Source: Candidatus Enterousia sp.
GTDB taxonomy: Bacteria; Pseudomonadota; Alphaproteobacteria; Rs-D84
NCBI GenBank assembly: GCA_045546155.1
Contig: JAZQCG010000012.1
Coordinates: 477 to 64,476 of the forward strand
Length of the DNA: 64,000 bases
Direction: 5' to 3'
The notes beneath the pieces are model-generated. The model saw nothing but the letters and a program-made list of their open reading frames with translations, made no database searches and was not told the origin of the DNA. The position numbers were made by a program, and so were the translations under genes. Positions 29,888-36,951 of this stretch are shown here, piece after piece; within the stretch, counting starts at the first letter, position 1; the number at the start of each line of letters is the position of its first letter.

Positions 29888-31207
29888 ATGAAATTCTTGA
29901 AAAAATATTTAGGGAATTTAACGGACCTGCAAAAGCGTATTTTGTTTACGTTGGGTGCGTTAATTGTTTATCGTATCGGATCGTTTATTCCACTGCCGGG
30001 GGTTAATGCGTCGGCGGTGCTGCATTTGTTTAGTGGCGAAGGCAGCGGTATGATGGATATGTTCAATATGTTCAGTGGTGGTTCTTTGTCACGTATGTCC
30101 GTATTGGCGTTGAACATTTTCCCATATATTTCAGCATCTATCGTTTTGCAGTTGTTAACAGCAACCAGTAAATCGTTAAGTGATTTGCGCAAAGAAGGGG
30201 AATCAGGTCGTGTAAAAATCAATCAATATACACGTTATTTGGCGGTTATATTGGCGATAGTTCAAGGATGGGCGATTGTACGTGGATTGCAGGCAATGGC
30301 GCCGGTAAACGGTGTTGCCGCAGTTGTTAACCCAGGCTTTGCATTTGAATTGTCTGCGATTATTGCGTTGGTCGGTGGTACTGTATTTGTTATGTGGCTT
30401 GCAGAACAAATTACAGCACGTGGTATTGGCCAGGGTGCATCACTGTTGATTTTTGCAGGTATTATTGCAGAAGTTCCAGGTGGTACAATGCAGTTGCTGT
30501 CACGCGCAGGTGTTGGTGAAGTCTCGCCGGCGATGTTGGCATTAACCATTGCATTTGTTGTTGGAATTGTTGCATTGATTGCTTTCTTTGAACAGGCACA
30601 GCGTCGTATTCAGATTCTGTATCCACGTCAAGTTATGGCAAATGGTGTTATGAATACAAACGCATCATATTTACCAATCAAGGTTAATATGTCTGGTGTT
30701 ATGGGGCCTGTGTTCGCAGCCAGTATTATGATGTTGCCTGCGTTTATTCAGCGCTTTGTTCAAAGTGAAAACTTAATCGTTCAAAATATCATGGGTGTGT
30801 TTACGTATGGTACGTGGTCATATATATTTATTTATACAGTTTTGATTGCGTTCTTTGCGTATTTCCAGACTGCGGTTATCTTTAATTCCGAAGAGACCAG
30901 CAATAATCTGAAAAATGCCGGTGGTTATGTTCCAGGTGTTCGTCCAGGTGAACAGACGATTCAGTATTTAGACGGTGTTGTTTCACGTACGACTGCAATC
31001 GGTGTTATGTATTTGTTGGTAATATGTGTGTTGCCAATAATTCTGAATACTCATTTAGGGTTGCCAGTTATGATTGGTGGAACAAGTGTTTTAATCGTTG
31101 CAGGTGTTGTTTTAGATACAATGAACCAGGTGCAATCTTATTTGGTTGCAAAGCATTATAGTGGTGCTATTAAAAAAGCATCCAAGAAGGGACGTTTCCG
31201 CGGCTAA
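29888..31207 (+). CDS. secY: Preprotein translocase subunit SecY
   Basis: 439 aa with 10 TM segments. SecY motifs (RILFTLGALIVYRIGSFIPLPG, GISLLIF-like GASLLIFAGI). Confidence 0.97.
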   Translation: MKFLKKYLGNLTDLQKRILFTLGALIVYRIGSFIPLPGVNASAVLHLFSGEGSGMMDMFNMFSGGSLSRMSVLALNIFPYISASIVLQLLTATSKSLSDLRKEGESGRVKINQYTRYLAVILAIVQGWAIVRGLQAMAPVNGVAAVVNPGFAFELSAIIALVGGTVFVMWLAEQITARGIGQGASLLIFAGIIAEVPGGTMQLLSRAGVGEVSPAMLALTIAFVVGIVALIAFFEQAQRRIQILYPRQVMANGVMNTNASYLPIKVNMSGVMGPVFAASIMMLPAFIQRFVQSENLIVQNIMGVFTYGTWSYIFIYTVLIAFFAYFQTAVIFNSEETSNNLKNAGGYVPGVRPGEQTIQYLDGVVSRTTAIGVMYLLVICVLPIILNTHLGLPVMIGGTSVLIVAGVVLDTMNQVQSYLVAKHYSGAIKKASKKGRFRG

Positions 31208-31234
31208 ATAAAATAGTGCGTGGGACAAAAGAAT

Positions 31235-31262
31235 TTGACTTTTGTCGCATTTTATATAAAAT
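31235..31262 (+). promoter_or_regulatory. Candidate sigma70 promoter before rpsM
   Basis: TTGACT-N16-TAAAAT. The string ttgacttttgt...tataaaata is nearly repeated at 34282-34310. Confidence 0.5.
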
Positions 31263-31373
31263 AGTGCGGCAGAATAGAATAACCGAATGTTTGTGTAATG
31301 TGAATATTCGGGGATAAATCCGGGGTGCGGGTGGACGCATTCCGACCGTTAAACAAAACAAGGAAAATGAAAA

Positions 31374-31751
31374 ATGGCACGTATAGCAGGTGTGAATATT
31401 CCGACAGAAAAGCGCATCGAAATCGCGTTGCAGTACATTCACGGTATTGGTCCAGCCAAATCCGCACAAATCTGCAAGGCTTTGAAACTGAAAGATGGTT
31501 TGCGCGCAAAAGATCTGACGGACGAAGATGTTATTAAAATTTCTAAATACATCGAAGAAAACTTTAAAGTAGAAGGTGATGTTCGTCGTGAAGTTACAAT
31601 GAACATCAAACGTTTGCAGGACTTGAAGGCATATCGTGGTATCCGTCATCGTAACCGTTTGCCGGTTCGTGGTCAGCGTACCCAGACAAATGCCCGTACA
31701 CGTAAAGGTAAACGTGTTGTAGTCGCAGGTTCAGCAACCAAAGGGAAATAA
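31374..31751 (+). CDS. rpsM: 30S ribosomal protein S13
   Basis: [14 protein letters not shown]... Confidence 0.98.
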   Translation: MARIAGVNIPTEKRIEIALQYIHGIGPAKSAQICKALKLKDGLRAKDLTDEDVIKISKYIEENFKVEGDVRREVTMNIKRLQDLKAYRGIRHRNRLPVRGQRTQTNARTRKGKRVVVAGSATKGK

Positions 31752-31756
31752 AAATT

Positions 31757-31855
31757 AATCTAACGCCGCATCTATGCGCGTTGGGCTCTGGTCATGTAGC
31801 GTTTGTACACTCCCGTCGCCCAACACACATACCTGCAACGTTATCTTAATTTTTT
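31757..31855. repeat. Structured intergenic repeat, copy 2 of 3 (divergent)
   Basis: Shares the ATCTAA box, the apical catgtagcgtttgtacact and the 3' ttatcttaatttttt with copies 1 and 3. The basal stem is changed to gttgggc/gcccaac but still pairs. Confidence 0.6.
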
Positions 31856-31916
31856 GGAATAAGGTAGAGATTAACACCATAGTTAATTGAAGACATCTAA
31901 ATAAGGAAAAATAAAA

Positions 31917-32300
31917 ATGGCAGTAACAAAAGCTAAAAAGAAAGTCGTAAAAAAAGTATCGCATGGTATTGCGCATATTGTTGCGACAAATAACAATACA
32001 CGTATCACAATCACAGACCAGTCTGGCGCCGTATTGACATGGGCAACCGCTGGGGCGAATAATTTTAAAGGCGCAAAGAAATCTACACCATATGCTGCGA
32101 CAGTAGTAGCAGACGCAGTTGGCAAGAAAGTCGCCGAAATGGGCATGAAAACAGTTGATGTTTTGATGCGTGGTATTGGTCAGGGTCGTGAATCAGCGGT
32201 TCGTGGCTTGGCAAATGCAGGCTTGGTCGTACAATCAATCACAGACACAACACGTATTCCACACAATGGTTGTCGTCCAAAGAAAGTACGTCGCGTATAA
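31917..32300 (+). CDS. rpsK: 30S ribosomal protein S11
   Basis: ..GIAHIVATNNNTRITITD...GCRPKKVRRV. Confidence 0.98.
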   Translation: MAVTKAKKKVVKKVSHGIAHIVATNNNTRITITDQSGAVLTWATAGANNFKGAKKSTPYAATVVADAVGKKVAEMGMKTVDVLMRGIGQGRESAVRGLANAGLVVQSITDTTRIPHNGCRPKKVRRV

Positions 32301-32310
32301 AGTAAATTGC

Positions 32311-32405
32311 AATAATTTATCTAAGAATAAATCGGGCATCTTGTGTAGCGAATTTACACTATGATGCCCGATTTGATTTTATCTAAATCGTTCTAATTTA
32401 TTTTA
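32311..32405. repeat. Structured intergenic repeat, copy 3 of 3
   Basis: About 86% identical to 7591-7686. Stem aaatcgggcatc../..gatgcccgattt with a compensatory A-T to C-G change relative to copy 1. Confidence 0.75.
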
Positions 32406-32422
32406 ATAAATATTTGTGCACT

Positions 32423-32998
32423 ATGGGGATGGCATTGTTTATATCTAGATTATTATCTTTATCATCAAGTGCATCGGGTGTAAATACCAAACCGGAAAAA
32501 GATTTGGAAACAATATTAAATAATTCTGACAAATCTTTGGGTATGGTTAATGGTAATATGATAAAACTGGTGCCGATGAACACAACCAATGGAACAAGTG
32601 CAAAAATCATTAATATTAATGGTAATGCGGTTGCGGTTGTGGACTATCGTGGACGCAGATTGCCGTACTATGTAAATGCCCAGACTGGTTCATGGATACC
32701 TTTGTTGGGTATTGGTAAAACAGGTGGCTGGTTTAATACATACCTGTCTAATACCCCGGGCAGGGTGGTGGACCAGGTACAGCGCGTGTTGAATCAGCAA
32801 TTAAAGCCGGCAATTGTTGCCCAGTTTGTTGGTGCAAATGCCTTGGGCGTTCAATTCCCAATGCCGGCTTTGGATGCGTACAATGTTATCAATGCAGAAT
32901 TCCCAAATGGTGTTGTTGAAACATTTAACGGTACGTTTAGTCCATCGGACCAGGCTTTGTATAATGATAATTATAACAAAATGAAAAATATCGCATAA
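32423..32998 (+). CDS. Hypothetical protein inserted between rpsK and rpoA
   Basis: ORF track 32414-32998 (TTG). First ATG at 32423, so the start is uncertain. No family recognised. Confidence 0.45.
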   Translation: MGMALFISRLLSLSSSASGVNTKPEKDLETILNNSDKSLGMVNGNMIKLVPMNTTNGTSAKIININGNAVAVVDYRGRRLPYYVNAQTGSWIPLLGIGKTGGWFNTYLSNTPGRVVDQVQRVLNQQLKPAIVAQFVGANALGVQFPMPALDAYNVINAEFPNGVVETFNGTFSPSDQALYNDNYNKMKNIA

Positions 32999-33026
32999 AA
33001 AAATCCGCCCGTTTGGGCGGTTTTTT
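32997..33026 (+). terminator. Rho-independent terminator
   Basis: aaaaaaatccgccc-gttt-gggcgg followed by TTTTTT. Confidence 0.7.
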
Positions 33027-33100
33027 GTGGACATATGTGAATTGTATGCTACCATGGTTTCACCAGTGGGGTGGGGTGTAGTGGTATATAAGGATTTAAT

Positions 33101-33427
33101 ATGAAAAAAATTTTATTTGCATCTTTTTTGTCGATGGTTATTGCTGCGCCGGCTGTTGCGGATGGGGTGGTAACTGAAACAGAAACTGTTACAACGGTCG
33201 AAGTAGTTGAATATAACTACAATGCGCCACGTTATGTGTCGTCGGCCCAGGTTGTTCCGCATAAACGCCCATGTGCGAAAAAGGCAATGCCTGTTCGTGT
33301 CAAAACACACACAGAAGTCATTGATCATTATCAATTGTATCAACCAGTAACGATTTATCAGCCCGCGGGTCGTGTATCAACACGTCGTATTATTCGTGCC
33401 CCCCAGGTGTGCAATAAATGTTATTAA
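33101..33427 (+). CDS. Small secreted protein, hypothetical
   Basis: Signal peptide MKKILFASFLSMVIAAPAVA; 108 aa; ends CNKCY. Confidence 0.5.
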   Translation: MKKILFASFLSMVIAAPAVADGVVTETETVTTVEVVEYNYNAPRYVSSAQVVPHKRPCAKKAMPVRVKTHTEVIDHYQLYQPVTIYQPAGRVSTRRIIRAPQVCNKCY

Positions 33428-34071
33428 TGCTTATTATTACGGTGTTGTCAATGAGTCCAGCGTTAAGATTAAAGTTCTTGGAAAAATTGTTCGCTAAACG
33501 CGAAGTGGTTGTGCCAGAAAAGTTAACTGATGAACGTGCACGACAAATTTTGGCGGATTACGCTAATCATGTTGTGATGTATAATTTTGATACACGCAAA
33601 TGGAATTGTTATTATTATCTGGGGCACAGTGTTATGACAACGGGTGTTGATTGCGCGCGTATGAAAAGCGAAATTGAACGCACGCATCCAAATATTGAAT
33701 TGGCGGCGGTGGTTGGTATGGCGATTGTAAAGCCGCGCTTACAATTGTTTACATATTTACCAAAACCTGCAACACGTAGCGATTCTGCACCGATGGCGTA
33801 TGCGACATTTATTACCCGTGACAAAAAAACGGGAAAATTAAATGAATTGCCACAAAAATGGGTACGCTTGTCTGAGTGCACACATCCTAATTTTGTATGT
33901 GAGGCAATGCCACAGTTGCTGTCTAGTATGGGGTATTCTTCGGCGCCAATGTGGCATATAGATTGGTGTTTGGATGGTGAAAAGATAACGTCGCCATTGA
34001 TTGCCGCGCAGGAGCGAGAAAAATATTATCGCCAAGTTAAGAAGGAAATGTCAGGGGCTAAAAAAAGATAA
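33418..34071 (+). CDS. Hypothetical cytosolic protein, paralog of 63279-63884
   Basis: Shares YNFDTRKWN..YYLG with FNFDTECWNRSRYLG in the paralog, plus similar length and layout. Start uncertain (33418 or 33451). Confidence 0.5.
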   Translation: MLLMLIITVLSMSPALRLKFLEKLFAKREVVVPEKLTDERARQILADYANHVVMYNFDTRKWNCYYYLGHSVMTTGVDCARMKSEIERTHPNIELAAVVGMAIVKPRLQLFTYLPKPATRSDSAPMAYATFITRDKKTGKLNELPQKWVRLSECTHPNFVCEAMPQLLSSMGYSSAPMWHIDWCLDGEKITSPLIAAQEREKYYRQVKKEMSGAKKR

Positions 34072-34079
34072 TATGCGCA

Positions 34080-34268
34080 ATGGGACGGCCACGTAAGCTT
34101 TTGTCAAATGACCAGATTGATACAATTTCCTGTGATTTAGAATTTTCAAAACAAATGATAAAAACACGGAATTTAACGGTTAATGATTTAACCGTTGTAT
34201 TGCGTCATATTGATATGGTGCGTGATGATTTGGTGGCGGCGCTAAATGCCCGACAAAAACAAAAATAG
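34080..34268 (+). CDS. Small hypothetical protein (62 aa) with GRPRK N-terminus
   Basis: ORF only. The basic N-terminus MGRPRKLL suggests nucleic-acid binding, but this is weak. Confidence 0.3.
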   Translation: MGRPRKLLSNDQIDTISCDLEFSKQMIKTRNLTVNDLTVVLRHIDMVRDDLVAALNARQKQK

Positions 34269-34281
34269 CATGAATATTCAA

Positions 34282-34310
34282 TTGACTTTTGTGCGTTCCT
34301 GCTATAAAAT
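34282..34310 (+). promoter_or_regulatory. Candidate sigma70 promoter for rpoA-rplQ
   Basis: TTGACT-N17-TAAAAT. Near-duplicate of the promoter at 31235-31262. Confidence 0.5.
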
Positions 34311-34378
34311 ACGCGGGCGCGAACATAAATGCGCAGCCATTTGGCGAAAATGATAAACTAAGCTAAAAGGAAAAATGT

Positions 34379-35407
34379 ATGATTGAAAAGAACTGGATGA
34401 CGTTGATTAAGCCAAAAAAATTGACAATCAACACAGATGAACATAATCCAAATATTGCAACATTGGTTGCCGAACCATTGGAAAAAGGTTTCGGTCTGAC
34501 ATTGGGTACGGCATTGCGTCGTGTTCTGTTGTCTTCGTTGCAGGGGTGTGCGCCAATCTATATCAAAATTGATGGTGTACAACACGAATTTTCCAGCATT
34601 TCTGGTGTTCGCGAAGATGTGACTGATATTATCTTGAACTTGAAGGGTGTTTATTTCAAGGCTTTGAGTGAAGGTCAGCACAAAGCATATTTGAAAGTTA
34701 AGGGCCCAGCCGTTGTTACAGCCGGTATGATTGAAACAACAGGTGGTGTCGAAGTTATGAACAAAGATGTCGAAATCTGCACATTGGACAAAGGTGCGAA
34801 TTTAGATATGGAAATCACATTGGGTTCAGGTCGTGGTTATGTGCCTGCATCTGCCCATGCAGAAGATTTGCCATTGGGCGTGATTCCGGTGGATTCTATT
34901 TTCTCGCCAATCTTGAACGTTGCAACAGAAGTTTTGCCAACACGCGTTGGTCAATCGACAGACTTTGATAAGTTGGAATTAACAGTTAAAACAAATGGTT
35001 CGGTATCGCCAGAAGATGCAATCGCATTTGCAGCACGTATCTTGACGGATCAATTGGTTGTATTTATTAACTTTGAAGATCCTGCACAAATCAGCGCACC
35101 AAGCGAAGATGAAAAAGCAAAAGATGCACTGCCATTTGATCCAAAATTGTTAAAGCATGTTGATGAACTGGAATTGTCGGTTCGTGCAAACAATTGCTTA
35201 AAGAACGATAAAATTAATTGGTTGGGTGAATTGGTACAAAAAACCGAAGCTGATATGTTGAAAACACCAAACTTTGGCCGTAAATCTTTGAACGAAATCA
35301 AAGTTCAATTAGAAGCTATGGGCTTAGGTTTGGGGATGGAAGTTCCGGGTTGGCCACCAGAAAATATTGCAGAGTTGGCCAAAAAATACGAAGACCCTTA
35401 TAAATAA
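34379..35407 (+). CDS. rpoA: DNA-directed RNA polymerase subunit alpha
   Basis: 342 aa. NTD (..[22 protein letters not shown]..) and CTD (..[13 protein letters not shown]...). Confidence 0.98.
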   Translation: MIEKNWMTLIKPKKLTINTDEHNPNIATLVAEPLEKGFGLTLGTALRRVLLSSLQGCAPIYIKIDGVQHEFSSISGVREDVTDIILNLKGVYFKALSEGQHKAYLKVKGPAVVTAGMIETTGGVEVMNKDVEICTLDKGANLDMEITLGSGRGYVPASAHAEDLPLGVIPVDSIFSPILNVATEVLPTRVGQSTDFDKLELTVKTNGSVSPEDAIAFAARILTDQLVVFINFEDPAQISAPSEDEKAKDALPFDPKLLKHVDELELSVRANNCLKNDKINWLGELVQKTEADMLKTPNFGRKSLNEIKVQLEAMGLGLGMEVPGWPPENIAELAKKYEDPYK

Positions 35408-35573
35408 GTGGCTTTGGTGCACGGGCGGGGAGATTTAAAATTTCCTTGCCTTGTGCAGAAAATAATATAAAATAAAACGAATTTAATCCCGTGGTTCTGG
35501 TGTGAGTCAGGTCGCGGACGTCTCAGAAAAAATCCCATCGGGTGGTGGGCTGAAGCAAACAAAGGAGTAATCG

Positions 35574-36011
35574 ATGAGACATATGAAAGCAGGTCGTACA
35601 TTTAATCGCGACACAAATGCACGTAAAGCACTGTTTGTTGGTTTGACCAAAAGCTTGGTTGAAAAAGAACAGATTAAAACAACATTACCAAAAGCCAAAG
35701 ATTTGCGCAGAGTTGTCGAAAAATTGATTACTCGTGCAAAGAACGACACAGTTGCAAATCGTCGTTTGACTGCATCTGAACTAGGCAACAACAGCGAAGC
35801 AACGGTTAAAAAATTGTTTGATGTTTTGGGTAAACGTTATGCAAACCGTCCAGGTGGCTATACACGCGTTTTAAAGGCGGGTTTCCGTTATGGTGATGCG
35901 GCGCCGATGGCGATTATCGAATTGGTTGATCGTGATGAAAATGCGAAAAAAGCACCGGTTGTTGCAGAACCAGTTGTCGAAGAAAAAGCAGCAGAAACAG
36001 TTGCTGAATAA
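35574..36011 (+). CDS. rplQ: 50S ribosomal protein L17 (acidic C-terminal extension)
   Basis: [20 protein letters not shown].. Tail ..[12 protein letters not shown]. Confidence 0.97.
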   Translation: MRHMKAGRTFNRDTNARKALFVGLTKSLVEKEQIKTTLPKAKDLRRVVEKLITRAKNDTVANRRLTASELGNNSEATVKKLFDVLGKRYANRPGGYTRVLKAGFRYGDAAPMAIIELVDRDENAKKAPVVAEPVVEEKAAETVAE

Positions 36012-36028
36012 TTTGATGATTTAAATTT

Positions 36029-36058
36029 AAAAAATCCCGCATTTTGCGGGATTTTTTT
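36029..36058. terminator. Bidirectional rho-independent terminator (rplQ / 36057-36809)
   Basis: aaaaaatcccgc-atttt-gcgggattttttt, with A and T tracts on both sides. Confidence 0.75.
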
Positions 36059-36809
36059 ATCGGGTGCGTTGAAATGAAATTATTTTTGGACCAAATGGGT
36101 CGGTGTTGGATGCAAATTTGCCTTCGTATTCGAACTTGATACCGGTTTTTGGGTTTTCGTATTTTATTACGTCATAGTTATATTTGTTCATTTGTGCAAT
36201 GTAAAGGATGCGGCCGCCTACACTTAAATGCGGAAGCAGGCTGGACATTATTTGAAGTTGTTCACGCCAGTCAACAGTGTCGAATATATTCGAAATGTTG
36301 ATAATGTCGTATTGACCGGATATGTGTTCATGTAAACGGTTTAATGGTGTGTGAATAAAATTATATGGTTGGGTAATCTTGGCCTGCATGCGGGCATATT
36401 CATTTGCCGTCGGCAGGTGTTCTGGGTACATCGAGCCGCGATTAAAGCGTGCGTATTTGCCATGTTTGTTCAGTATGTCTTTGCTGGCCGGTGGCAGGTG
36501 TGGTAATATTTTTTCGATATGTTTTGCCTGATTGTAGTCGCCGTACATGTTGCAAAGGCTTTCAACCAGTTCACAATATTCGGCATGGTTTAATATTTTT
36601 AACGCTGTTGTTTTTATGTCTTGAATAACGCGCGCAAATAATGCGATGTCGTATGTGTCGACATGTGCTGCACCGTTAATGGTGTAAAACATTGCTTGGT
36701 CGCCGCTGCCGGTGACGGTTAAGATGCGTTTCGCGTCCTGGAAACGAGATGTTATCCAGCGCTGATTTTCATTTGATATGGCGTATGCCGGAATTAAATC
36801 TTGGGTCAT
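36057..36809 (-). CDS. DUF3419/BtaA-like SAM-dependent enzyme, paralog 1
   Basis: ILTVTGSGDQAMFY..AHVDTYDI...IKTTALKIL and YDIINISNIFD...GGRILY resemble the DUF3419 layout (recalled from memory, not searched). GGAGG SD. Paralog of 39944-40756. Confidence 0.5.
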   Translation of the reverse strand: MTQDLIPAYAISNENQRWITSRFQDAKRILTVTGSGDQAMFYTINGAAHVDTYDIALFARVIQDIKTTALKILNHAEYCELVESLCNMYGDYNQAKHIEKILPHLPPASKDILNKHGKYARFNRGSMYPEHLPTANEYARMQAKITQPYNFIHTPLNRLHEHISGQYDIINISNIFDTVDWREQLQIMSSLLPHLSVGGRILYIAQMNKYNYDVIKYENPKTGIKFEYEGKFASNTDPFGPKIISFQRTR

Positions 36810-36951
36810 TTTGAAACCTCCGTGTCATTATTAATATAGTACAAAATATTAAAATGTCAATAATGTATAAAAATGTGTATTGTAAAGCAAAATTAGGCTT
36901 TTATTAAATTCCCAGGTGTGATAAAATAAAAAAGATAGAAGGGAAGAGTCT

